Below, piece after piece: positions 7,287 to 15,745 of a DNA stretch of 64,000 nt. The stretch is from the sequence record MH791413.1. One strand, written 5' to 3'. A model generated the notes under the pieces. It saw only the letters and a program-made list of their open reading frames with translations, did no database searches and was not told the DNA's origin. This stretch comes from Escherichia phage EcSzw_1. Position 1 is the first letter of the stretch, and each line of letters begins with the position of its first letter. The translations under genes and the position numbers were made by a program.

Positions 7287-8069
7287 TTAGTTCTTTGCAG
7301 CTAAGAACTTGATGTTAGAAATGTCTACAATTGCTTCAGCATCTTTCTCATTTGCTGCAAGAATGTACACATCAGGTTCACTTCCAAATGTCACTGCACG
7401 TTGCATACTACCTTTCAACGGCGGGGTAACTTGAGCGTTACTTAGAGACATTCTCTCAACCGGAGGGTTACTCTGATGTACCTTGTTCTTACGATGCCTG
7501 AAGAGGATAACTCCGTCTTCGTTGACAACGGCTACCCCTGCAAAGTATTGTGGTTCACTGTGATTACCCCATGTTGACAGAGTACTAAACATTGCCTCTT
7601 CAAATACGTAAAGGTAAACATCAACATCTTTCAAGATGTGATTCATAATTACCACAACAGCTTTCGGGTCAAGTCCACCAATACCTGCACCAATCATTGG
7701 GAGACCAACTTTCTTCAGTTGATTCACTTTGCAGTACTGGCTAAGACTCAACAAAGCACTCTCAAGAGCATTGTAACGAGCATCTTTACCAGTCTTCAAC
7801 TGAGTGTATAGGTTAGCAATACGGCCTTGTTTAAGACGTGATACAGAGAGTTTACCAAGCAGTTTCTGACAAGGTTTATGCTCTCTTCCTCCTGCTACAC
7901 GGTAGACTTCGGCATCAGTTTCATAGGCTTTTGGGTAACCTTTAGAAATCTTGTAAGCAATACCTGCACCCATCAGGTTCATACAGTTGCAACCGTGACC
8001 AATGATATCAAACTTACCTTTTTCAAAGTCTGCGAAGATATCACCTTTGATGACTTTTACAATACCCAT
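7287..8069 (-). CDS. Macrodomain protein (ADP-ribose binding or hydrolase; TARG1/DarG-like signature) with uncharacterised C-terminal extension
   Basis: N-terminal VIKGDIFADF…DIIGHGCNCMNLMGAGIAYKI matches the GDxF … H-x-C … MGAGIA pattern of TARG1/OARD1-type macrodomains (from memory); about 110 aa C-terminal region unassigned. Confidence 0.65.
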   Translation of the reverse strand: MGIVKVIKGDIFADFEKGKFDIIGHGCNCMNLMGAGIAYKISKGYPKAYETDAEVYRVAGGREHKPCQKLLGKLSVSRLKQGRIANLYTQLKTGKDARYNALESALLSLSQYCKVNQLKKVGLPMIGAGIGGLDPKAVVVIMNHILKDVDVYLYVFEEAMFSTLSTWGNHSEPQYFAGVAVVNEDGVILFRHRKNKVHQSNPPVERMSLSNAQVTPPLKGSMQRAVTFGSEPDVYILAANEKDAEAIVDISNIKFLAAKN

Positions 8070-8070
8070 C

Positions 8071-8271
8071 TTACCATTTCTCCCATGATTCTTTATCTTC
8101 AGAAGGTTTTACACGTTGACCTTCATGGTCTACCCAGATTCCACCACAACCTTCACAGAGTGTTGGCATAGCATAGCCAGCTTTGAACTCTTCTTCAGAG
8201 ATAAGACCTCTCAAGTCTCCTGTATCACGTCCAAACAGTTCGATGGAACAATCTTTGCAGAAATCAGCCAT
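8071..8271 (-). CDS. Small zinc-ribbon protein (66 aa)
   Basis: CKDC … CEGCGG cysteine pairs; ATG at 8269-8271. Confidence 0.45.
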   Translation of the reverse strand: MADFCKDCSIELFGRDTGDLRGLISEEEFKAGYAMPTLCEGCGGIWVDHEGQRVKPSEDKESWEKW

Positions 8272-8491
8272 TTGATATTACCTCTTGGAAGAATGTACCT
8301 TTCAAATTCCATTCAGCTTTATAATCAGTCAATGTGTTAGTATCGAACATTGTATAATATTTGTAATCACCATTCTTAAACTGGTCATGCAGTGATGGGT
8401 TGCAGAACGGAGCTACTGTATCCCTGTCCAAGAATACAGCACCAGATAACACTTTGCGTGTATTTTTACACCTTACTAATATTGCTTTCAT
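8264..8491 (-). CDS. Hypothetical protein (75 aa)
   Basis: ORF in track, compact minus-strand array. Confidence 0.4.
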   Translation of the reverse strand: MKAILVRCKNTRKVLSGAVFLDRDTVAPFCNPSLHDQFKNGDYKYYTMFDTNTLTDYKAEWNLKGTFFQEVISNG

Positions 8492-8792
8492 AAAGTACCT
8501 TCTCTGTTAACTCGTACAAGTCTACATGTTCAATGCCAGCAATGTCAATACCAAGTTTAGCATATCGCTCTTTGATGCCTTCTTTATTTTGAAATATGAG
8601 ACACCAATGATTTCTTAAAGACTCTTCCAGTTTATCTACACAATCATGAAAGGTTGGTGTGTCACCTCTTGTACCAACCATTGCCACAACACCATAAAGA
8701 AACTCACCATTACCATATGTGACTTGTGCTACACCAATATCTTTCTCACTATCTTGGATGACAGCTACAAAGGTTTTACCGTTCAATTCCAT
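8466..8792 (-). CDS. Hypothetical protein (108 aa)
   Basis: ORF in track; ATG at 8790-8792. Confidence 0.45.
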   Translation of the reverse strand: MELNGKTFVAVIQDSEKDIGVAQVTYGNGEFLYGVVAMVGTRGDTPTFHDCVDKLEESLRNHWCLIFQNKEGIKERYAKLGIDIAGIEHVDLYELTEKVLYESNISKV

Positions 8793-8949
8793 CAGAGACT
8801 ACCTCTTCAATTTGTTGTAGAATTGCTTCTGAAGTTTCTTCCCACATCGTCATACTGTCAATATCACCACAACAACTTTCTCCAGCAACGTTGTAACGTG
8901 CTTGACCATATTCTTTGATGAGTTCAATCAACTTCTCTTTGCTTGACAT
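8776..8949 (-). CDS. Hypothetical small protein (57 aa, MSSKEKLIELIKEYGQARYNVAGESCCGD…), not in ORF track
   Basis: Hand-translated; ATG at 8947-8949 preceded by SD GAGGAAG; fills an otherwise gene-free gap; stop overlaps start of downstream gene. Confidence 0.4.
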   Translation of the reverse strand: MSSKEKLIELIKEYGQARYNVAGESCCGDIDSMTMWEETSEAILQQIEEVVSDGIER

Positions 8950-8950
8950 G

Positions 8951-9220
8951 TTACTTCCTCGTTTTGAGAACTGCCATAATTTCTTTGGTATCTTCTAAGA
9001 ACCATGTGTAGTGATTTTCTTTGATTTCTGGATGAGTGTCAATCTTTAATTTGCAATCTCTTCCAGTATCTTTCAGTTGAGTTGTGATACCCTTCATAAA
9101 GATATGGCACATCACATCATCCATAACCATTGGCATGAAGTCAATGCGCATGTAAGTATCTTTTGGTCTTGGAAGAAGTAAATAACCTTCTGTATAGAAC
9201 AGTTCTGTCTCTTGACTCAT
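8951..9220 (-). CDS. Hypothetical protein (89 aa)
   Basis: ORF in track. Confidence 0.45.
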   Translation of the reverse strand: MSQETELFYTEGYLLLPRPKDTYMRIDFMPMVMDDVMCHIFMKGITTQLKDTGRDCKLKIDTHPEIKENHYTWFLEDTKEIMAVLKTRK

Positions 9221-9486
9221 TGCTGCTTATTCCCTAACAAAATCATATCAATCAAATTATTGGCTTTCATCGTACACTGATAGTACCCATCACGATAAAA
9301 TTCAAGGGCTTGTGACAGGTCTGTGCCTGTATTACCCTTGACAACGTAGCGTGATTCTTCTTGAGTATACTTATCACTTTCACTTACTTGGGAGTTTTTG
9401 AACGTAGAGTTCACTTTGTTCATTGAACACCCTGACATAAGTATCAGTAGCACAAATGTTATAAAACTCTGGCTTAGTCTTTTCAT
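9217..9486 (-). CDS. Putative lipoprotein (89 aa)
   Basis: Signal peptide with lipobox-like LILMSGC at the N-terminus. Confidence 0.45.
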   Translation of the reverse strand: MKRLSQSFITFVLLILMSGCSMNKVNSTFKNSQVSESDKYTQEESRYVVKGNTGTDLSQALEFYRDGYYQCTMKANNLIDMILLGNKQQ

Positions 9487-9727
9487 ATGTCAATACCTCT
9501 TTTGTGTGTTTGTTTTTAGCAAGCACGTCTTTCAAATCATTTTTGTAACTGGAGCTAAGATTTGCTAAACCTTCTTGGTAAGCATCCTTAGCAACACTTA
9601 CAAGTTTCTGGTTAGTTAACTCTGTTTGAGTGACTTGGTAATCCTTGTAAGAATAACCCCCCCAGACACCTACACCAATCAGAAAAACAACTATGAAAGC
9701 GGCTTGACAGAACTCTTTAAATTTCAT
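9380..9727 (-). CDS. Hypothetical membrane-anchored protein (115 aa)
   Basis: N-terminal hydrophobic segment AAFIVVFLIGVGVWGG; overlaps 9217..9486 in another frame (one of the two may be shorter). Confidence 0.4.
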   Translation of the reverse strand: MKFKEFCQAAFIVVFLIGVGVWGGYSYKDYQVTQTELTNQKLVSVAKDAYQEGLANLSSSYKNDLKDVLAKNKHTKEVLTYEKTKPEFYNICATDTYVRVFNEQSELYVQKLPSK

Positions 9728-9740
9728 TTGTCAATCTCCT

Positions 9741-9768
9741 AAAACGAAAAAGGCTCCCGAAGGAGCCT
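9741..9768 (-). terminator. Rho-independent terminator (UUCG tetraloop hairpin plus U-tract on minus-strand RNA)
   Basis: GGCTCC-CGAA-GGAGCC at 9752-9767 preceded on the plus strand by AAAACGAAAAA (U-tract on minus). Confidence 0.55.
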
Positions 9769-9779
9769 GTATCATAACC

Positions 9780-10244
9780 TTAACCGAGGACTTTAGCAAG
9801 GACATTTGCAGCCATCGTCGAAGCTTTTGCAGCAGCAGCTACGCCAGCTTTGATAGTGCTATCCTTAATGGCAGATACCGTTGCAGCATCAGTAAAGAGA
9901 TATGTGGTAGTTTGTGAACCACTTGTAAAGGAAAGCATAAGAGCAGTTTCCAGATTGAAAGAACGGTACGGAGCACCGGACTGTACAATTCCTTTAGCAC
10001 CCAACTCTGAAGCCATACCCATGTCATAGATGGTCATCAGATTTTCTTTATGTGCTGTAGTAGAACCGACACCTTTAACGTGTTTTGAAACGTTCAGCAG
10101 AGCACGATATTCACGGATATCACCATCAGCTTTTACGTTGACAGCACGAAAGATTTTGCCATCAAAGTTGCTTTTAATGATATCACGAACAACCTGTGAT
10201 TTGTTTGCTGATGCGTCGATAGCTACTGTAATAATGTTTTGCAT
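9780..10244 (-). CDS. Hypothetical protein (154 aa)
   Basis: ORF in track followed by terminator. Confidence 0.5.
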   Translation of the reverse strand: MQNIITVAIDASANKSQVVRDIIKSNFDGKIFRAVNVKADGDIREYRALLNVSKHVKGVGSTTAHKENLMTIYDMGMASELGAKGIVQSGAPYRSFNLETALMLSFTSGSQTTTYLFTDAATVSAIKDSTIKAGVAAAAKASTMAANVLAKVLG

Positions 10245-10256
10245 GATTTCTCTCTC

Positions 10257-10952
10257 TTAGTGTTTGATAAGCATTGTGTTAATTTCTGGAAGGATTCGTT
10301 TAACCTTCTCAACATTCCTTACTGTATCTTCTATAAAACATACTACATCATAGTACGGAAGAATGCAAGACTGAATCATACGAACTTTCAAACTTTCTGC
10401 ACTGATTCTATTTGAACCAAAACCACGCATAAAAAGCATGTAGTCAGTCACGATATGCTTGTCAATAAACAAATGGGTTGGTACACGTTGAGACTCACCA
10501 CGAGCAGTTAAAACACCGATTGCAGCACTTTTATGGATGCCTGAAATGATATTAAAGATGTACGTAGGTTGTGCATCAACTGACTCAATCAAGTTTGTAT
10601 ACTGTGACAGAGTGCCATCTTCCAGATATGTTGAGTTTGTTGGCTTATCAAACTTAGTGAGAACACCATCAATATCTGTTAAAACCATTGGCTTCTTCAT
10701 ATCAAGGTCTTTTGCAACCAAGATTAAGCTGTCACGTTTAACGGCTACTGACTTACCTGTTTGAAGGTCTGTACAGAGAACTGTTTCAGCAGATGAATGA
10801 AAGTCTTTGAAGTCACATTCAACAGCCCTTGCAGTATCTGCAAAGTCTTCTTTCATAAGGTCTGTCCAGCTTGCAGCACTGATATCTATAGCCAGAGGGT
10901 TGATATCGTAAGCGTGACAAAATACCTTATCCAATTGTTTTAATTCGCTCAT
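10257..10952 (-). CDS. HAD-superfamily hydrolase (putative nucleotidase or phosphatase)
   Basis: HAD motif I LTDIDGVLT; track start is a TTG at 10994; ATG at 10950-10952 with upstream AAGG chosen. Confidence 0.55.
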   Translation of the reverse strand: MSELKQLDKVFCHAYDINPLAIDISAASWTDLMKEDFADTARAVECDFKDFHSSAETVLCTDLQTGKSVAVKRDSLILVAKDLDMKKPMVLTDIDGVLTKFDKPTNSTYLEDGTLSQYTNLIESVDAQPTYIFNIISGIHKSAAIGVLTARGESQRVPTHLFIDKHIVTDYMLFMRGFGSNRISAESLKVRMIQSCILPYYDVVCFIEDTVRNVEKVKRILPEINTMLIKH

Positions 10953-11478
10953 GTTTAACCTTTTTGATGTTTGTTGCAAACTCACATTGAGCAAGCACCT
11001 TCATGTTATTGTACACATCTTGAGAGTATTGTCTAGCTTTCGGAATACGGTATGAATAACCTGCATTGTATGAAGCTAAGACACGCTGTAAAGAGTATTT
11101 CCCATTAGGATTACCATGAACCTTAGTCCAGAACTGAAGCTCTTTGTGTGTCTCCTTTGCAGCATAATCGAAGTCTCTGATAAGTTTCTTCTTAGCTACG
11201 TTTGGGTTAACTTTGTTACGCTTTACAACAGTCTTCAAGTGATTCTGGAACAAACCATAATCGTGAGTCTTTTTATTTTCAAGACGAAGACCTAACTCTG
11301 ACTCTTGTAAGGCTATAGCGGCTAAGGTTAATCCCCAACCTTTACCCATCTCTTTCTCACCGTAGTGATAAGCTTTAAGCATGTTTGTTTTCTGACTGAT
11401 GGATAACTCTGGACAGTCTGAAGCGACTGCCAAATGTGCTGTTAAGAATAAGCACAAACCTAAAATGAACTTCTTCAT
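10927..11478 (-). CDS. Lytic transglycosylase (SLT domain) with Sec signal peptide
   Basis: Signal peptide MKKFILGLCLFLTAHLAVA; SLT motifs QESELG, YGLFQ, SYNAGYS. Confidence 0.6.
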   Translation of the reverse strand: MKKFILGLCLFLTAHLAVASDCPELSISQKTNMLKAYHYGEKEMGKGWGLTLAAIALQESELGLRLENKKTHDYGLFQNHLKTVVKRNKVNPNVAKKKLIRDFDYAAKETHKELQFWTKVHGNPNGKYSLQRVLASYNAGYSYRIPKARQYSQDVYNNMKVLAQCEFATNIKKVKHERIKTIG

Positions 11479-11535
11479 TGGTTCTCCTGTTTAGTTCAAC
11501 ATACAAGCAATTATACACTACTCTGCACAAAACAC

Positions 11536-11565
11536 AAATAAAAAAGGCTGCCGAAGCAGCCCTTT
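11536..11565 (-). terminator. Rho-independent terminator downstream of rIIB
   Basis: GGCTGC-CGAA-GCAGCC at 11546-11561 with A-tract 11536-11545 on the plus strand (U-tract on minus). Confidence 0.6.
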
Positions 11566-11578
11566 AAGAATTTACTTA

Positions 11579-12688
11579 TCAGATTTCACGTTTACGCTGA
11601 GAAATAAGTTCACCAGCAGTGCCTACAACAACATGCAGTGCTTCAGATTTGCCATCCCACTCTTTGACAACCTGACGCTGACCATTCACGATTGCTGCAA
11701 CTTCATAACGGGAAGCTCGCATTTTCATATCTTGATAGTCAGTTGGTACAGATACAACGTCTCGTGGATGTACACGAACTTTCAGGATAGTATCACCAGA
11801 GAAGCTACGTACATAATCCCAAGCACCAACGTGCAGACCTTGAGAGCAAGTTACTGTACGGTCATTATCAACCATCCAGCGTGGCATCTCTACAACGTTA
11901 CCCAAATCATTAGGAACTTTGCATGTACGGGAGTCAAACAGCTTACCACCACGAGTTGTAACTTTCTTCCAACCGATGATATAACCTTCTTCATCAATCT
12001 CAACATCGAGGTGAGACACAAAACCCCAAAGTTGTTCTACAGAATCTTTGGATGGGTTTTCCATCAGTTTTTCGAAGAATGCTACCAGACGTTTAAAGCC
12101 ATCATCACCAACTTTCATCATGTCCAGAATACGGTCTACCAGAGTGGAGCGCATTTGAACAGCACCGTAGTACAGGTTATCACCTTTGATAGTGATTGCA
12201 CCCTGAGTGAAGTTCTCGATAGACTTACGAATGTTCATCAGTTCGAAAGCTTTCTTGTACTCACCACCTACAACAGCCATCACGATTTCTTTGTAGTTCG
12301 GATGGGTAGATTCAACGATTTCAGAATCTGCACCGAAAGTCATGATGACAGAATCACCAGTAATCATGTACTCAATCTGGTTGCCATTCTGCATCGCTTC
12401 ATGCAGTTGGTTAACAGGTTCCTTCTTCACTGCCTCTTTAACAGCCTTGGCAACTGGCTTAGTAGCCGTCTTCTTAGCAGACTTTGCAATCTGTTTCAGA
12501 GTCTGCTTAGCTGACTTAGAAGATGCTTTCTTAGCACCTTTCAGTGTTGCTTCGTGACGTTCTACAGCACGACCAACGGAACGAGTAGAAGTGTTATACT
12601 TCATTGCAATGGCAGTTTTGGTCAGTTTACCTTCCTGAACCAGTGCGTAGATTTCTGCGTCGATTTGTGCTTTAGTTTTAGTAGTCAT
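11579..12688 (-). CDS. rIIB: rIIB-like protein
   Basis: Immediately downstream of the rIIA-like GHKL ATPase gene, size about 370 aa; assignment by synteny and size, not by recognised motif. Confidence 0.45.
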   Translation of the reverse strand: MTTKTKAQIDAEIYALVQEGKLTKTAIAMKYNTSTRSVGRAVERHEATLKGAKKASSKSAKQTLKQIAKSAKKTATKPVAKAVKEAVKKEPVNQLHEAMQNGNQIEYMITGDSVIMTFGADSEIVESTHPNYKEIVMAVVGGEYKKAFELMNIRKSIENFTQGAITIKGDNLYYGAVQMRSTLVDRILDMMKVGDDGFKRLVAFFEKLMENPSKDSVEQLWGFVSHLDVEIDEEGYIIGWKKVTTRGGKLFDSRTCKVPNDLGNVVEMPRWMVDNDRTVTCSQGLHVGAWDYVRSFSGDTILKVRVHPRDVVSVPTDYQDMKMRASRYEVAAIVNGQRQVVKEWDGKSEALHVVVGTAGELISQRKREI

Positions 12689-12737
12689 CTTATTACTCTC
12701 TCTTGTTAGTTAATATTACTTAGTGGTTCGTATTCTA

Positions 12738-12755
12738 AGGGGCTTTTCAGCCCCT
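12738..12755 (-). other. Intergenic GNRA-tetraloop hairpin between rIIA and rIIB (no U-tract)
   Basis: AGGGGCT-TTTC-AGCCCCT on plus (GAAA loop on minus RNA). Confidence 0.4.
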
Positions 12756-12767
12756 GTCAAACTGTTT

Positions 12768-15134
12768 TTAATCGAAAGCCTGAGTTCCTTCAGGAATGCA
12801 CTTAACATCAAATCCTAAGAACTGACCAACTTCAACAGGACTTACTTTATTCCAGTCTAAGTTAGAAAGCAAGAAGTTTTCTGCTTTACGTGCTGTGAAG
12901 TACACATTCAACTTCTGCTTAATACGTTCTCTTGCATTGTAGATTGCAGAGTGTACCTTACTCTTAGCTCTTGTCAAGCGTTGTAAGTCATGCAGAACAC
13001 TTGTAACGTCCTTATAAGCAATCGGTGAAGCGACATAAGCCAGCTTACCAAACATTGCTTCTACAGCATCTTCATTCCCTTCCAAGAAGATACGTTTGCT
13101 GTAATCAGTACTGTAGACATAACCTCTTGAGCACTTCTTATCACCAAACTGGAACGTTCTTGCAATAACACCTTTATCAGTGATATCACAGTTTGAACTA
13201 CACCATTCACGAGTTACAAAGCGGTTAAACTCAATCCAGTGAATGTCAGTGATAGAATCTTTGAAGACTTGCTGATTCACCTCTAACCAGTCTTCAGGGA
13301 TTTTCTTCCAGTTTGCTTTACGGAACACATAAACTGACTGTCCAGTTAAACGTGCCATAACCTTTGCAGCAGACTCTGGAGTGCAACTAAAAATTCCACC
13401 AAGGACTTCATCACTCTGTGCTTTGATATAATACTGAGGTTCTTCAATATCATCAAAGTTTTCTTTCACTTCTGTATAAGATACACCGTGTTCATGTACA
13501 GAAGCTTTGTAGAGTTTTACAACACCACGAGTAACAGTACGCTTCACATAGTGGTGTTCTTTGTCAGACATTTTAACAATCGTCAACAGACTCTTATCAA
13601 GCATGTGAAGATTGATAAACTGGTCTAACTCTTGCTCATCAGAGAACATGTAAACAATGCCGTTGTAGCGACGGAAGTTTGGTTCTTCATTTTCACGGTC
13701 ACGGCAAGCACCACGAATAATCTGATTACGTCCTACAGTCTTTTCAGTACCATTTTTGTTTCGACGGTCATTGATAAGGAACAAATAGTTAGACATTTTG
13801 TTCTTACTCATTGCACCGAAGATACTGAAGTTTGCACCTTCCTGAGTGTACATCGCTGAAGTTGCACGAATCTTGTTTTCCAGTTGGTTATACTTGAAGT
13901 AAGCAACAGGCTCATAAAGATTCCCAATAACAGGAATGTGATTACCGCTCTTATCAACAAGTAAAGCCCCTGAGTCATCAGTTGCAAACTTTGGAGTACC
14001 ATCTGGGTTGCTCAAATGCCCTTGACGAATCTTTAAAAGTTTCTGTTCAAGGTCTGCTAAGTTCTGACCATTCCACTCAAGGCGAGTAAACACATGCTGG
14101 AAGATTTCACGAGAATTAGCTCGTAAGTCTGCATAAGCCTGTGCAGCGTCTGCCAAGGTTGGTTCGTTGTCAATGCGTTTTACCACATCTTCTACAATCG
14201 TTGCAGTAATCTTTTTAACTGCGTCTGTAATAGCTTGCTTAGTGGTTTCATTCATCTGCAATGCTTCACGAGATGCGGCAATAGCCACTGAACCAATAGG
14301 CATGTAGATATTAACAAGGTCTACAGCATTACGGAAGAATGTAGGAAGTACATTGGTGAACTCTGCACCAAGTAAGTCTCCTAAGTCAACCGGATAAGCA
14401 ATGTTACCCATGACAACGTTGAAGTTTGTCTGGTTATTACTTGAACGCCAGTTCTCTTTATACTTCATCGCATCGTAAACACCATCTTCACGTACAATGG
14501 TAGTCATCTCGCTAAGAATATCACGGTATTCTACGTTGCATTCTGGCTTCAATTTGAAGTAAGAGAATACATTGCTCGCTTCTTCATGAAACTTCTGAAT
14601 ACGGTGGTCAGCTACTGCAACACGAACTGCTAAACCATTTGGTTCGGTAGTCGGGTTGGTCGTCAGTTTAGTAACTTGAGGGATACCATTCTCAAGATAT
14701 ACAGAGTACTTGTTAACTACGCCGTCTACGTAGCTGGACACGGTGAATGACTGTGCAATTGCAAAAGGTGACTTTGAACCGATACCCATAGCACCGATGT
14801 AGTCATTTGAGTCATTCTTAGTAGAAGCTCCATAGTTCAGGTACAGAGACATAACCTTCTCATGGGTCAGACCAGTACCGAAGTCACGAACTTCAAAGTA
14901 TGGGTCAAAACGAGTTGGCAGGTGTACACGGAATGGTACATTCTCTTTTCCAGCTTCTTTGTGAGTATCTACAGCATTACAAGACAACTCACGAATTACA
15001 GCACGTTCTTTAAAAGTGTAAACACCTGAACTTAACAGGCTGAACATTTCAGGGGTCATCGTGATAGATGCCTGAGAAGTTTCTAATGAAGATGAACTCT
15101 TAATCACCTCTGCGTGGTCATTTACCATGCGCAT
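12768..15134 (-). CDS. rIIA: rIIA-like protein with N-terminal GHKL (histidine-kinase-like) ATPase domain
   Basis: GHKL motifs IRELSCNAVDTH (N box), VRDFGTGL (G1), GAMGIGSKSPF (G2); 788 aa; followed by rIIB-sized gene. Confidence 0.65.
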   Translation of the reverse strand: MRMVNDHAEVIKSSSSLETSQASITMTPEMFSLLSSGVYTFKERAVIRELSCNAVDTHKEAGKENVPFRVHLPTRFDPYFEVRDFGTGLTHEKVMSLYLNYGASTKNDSNDYIGAMGIGSKSPFAIAQSFTVSSYVDGVVNKYSVYLENGIPQVTKLTTNPTTEPNGLAVRVAVADHRIQKFHEEASNVFSYFKLKPECNVEYRDILSEMTTIVREDGVYDAMKYKENWRSSNNQTNFNVVMGNIAYPVDLGDLLGAEFTNVLPTFFRNAVDLVNIYMPIGSVAIAASREALQMNETTKQAITDAVKKITATIVEDVVKRIDNEPTLADAAQAYADLRANSREIFQHVFTRLEWNGQNLADLEQKLLKIRQGHLSNPDGTPKFATDDSGALLVDKSGNHIPVIGNLYEPVAYFKYNQLENKIRATSAMYTQEGANFSIFGAMSKNKMSNYLFLINDRRNKNGTEKTVGRNQIIRGACRDRENEEPNFRRYNGIVYMFSDEQELDQFINLHMLDKSLLTIVKMSDKEHHYVKRTVTRGVVKLYKASVHEHGVSYTEVKENFDDIEEPQYYIKAQSDEVLGGIFSCTPESAAKVMARLTGQSVYVFRKANWKKIPEDWLEVNQQVFKDSITDIHWIEFNRFVTREWCSSNCDITDKGVIARTFQFGDKKCSRGYVYSTDYSKRIFLEGNEDAVEAMFGKLAYVASPIAYKDVTSVLHDLQRLTRAKSKVHSAIYNARERIKQKLNVYFTARKAENFLLSNLDWNKVSPVEVGQFLGFDVKCIPEGTQAFD

Positions 15135-15192
15135 AATAACTTTCCTCTTGGGTTGTTTGATGCAGAGACTTTAAAGAACTCTGCACCGATTG

Positions 15193-15375
15193 TCAATTGT
15201 TTTCGTTATGTTTCTTTCCAGTTCCACCACAATAAGGGCAGCAACCATAACTTACCAGACCTGTACCGTCGCAATCTTCACACTCTTCTGCACCGAAGTA
15301 GTGTTTAGCCAGAAGGTATCCAATTACAATCAGGCCACCAAATGACAGGATTAACTCTAACCAATAACCTTGCAT
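15193..15375 (-). CDS. Small membrane protein with DnaJ-type zinc finger (2x CxxCxGxG), 60 aa
   Basis: N-terminal TM helix LELILSFGGLIVIGYLLA then CEDCDGTG … CPYCGGTG. Confidence 0.45.
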   Translation of the reverse strand: MQGYWLELILSFGGLIVIGYLLAKHYFGAEECEDCDGTGLVSYGCCPYCGGTGKKHNENN

Positions 15376-15692
15376 AACTTCTCTCCAACATGTTTGTACA
15401 GGATGAAACTACGGTCATGAACAATACTTGAGGCAACTGCAAAGTTCTCTTCCAGTATTGCTTTGTTCGGATTATAGAATCCGTCTAAGAATTGGTCAAG
15501 TGCTAATTGGTGATTTTGTGGAAGACCTTTAACATAAATCTTCATAGAAAGCGTGGCAACCACTTCACCTTGAAGTTCATCTCGTGCTGCTACCAAGATT
15601 TGGTTAATGAACTTGTGACCATCTTCAGGACGTTTAATGTCATCCCAATTCTCTTCCAAGACCATATTGATATTCATCTGTTTGATTTTCAT
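15357..15692 (-). CDS. Hypothetical protein (111 aa)
   Basis: ORF in track; ATG at 15690-15692. Confidence 0.45.
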   Translation of the reverse strand: MKIKQMNINMVLEENWDDIKRPEDGHKFINQILVAARDELQGEVVATLSMKIYVKGLPQNHQLALDQFLDGFYNPNKAILEENFAVASSIVHDRSFILYKHVGEKLCKVIG

Positions 15693-15705
15693 AACATTCT
15701 CCAGA

Positions 15706-15731
15706 AATTAAAAAGGCTCCCGTAGGAGCCT
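15706..15731 (-). terminator. Rho-independent terminator downstream of the NAMPT-like gene
   Basis: GGCTCC-CGTA-GGAGCC at 15715-15730 with A-tract on plus (U-tract on minus). Confidence 0.55.
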
Positions 15732-15745
15732 CTTATAATACTTAT

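Noticed and set aside
11633-12514. 293-aa plus-strand ORF
   Set aside because: Antisense to and fully inside the rIIB-like gene; no SD; unusual composition; treated as a spurious shadow ORF.
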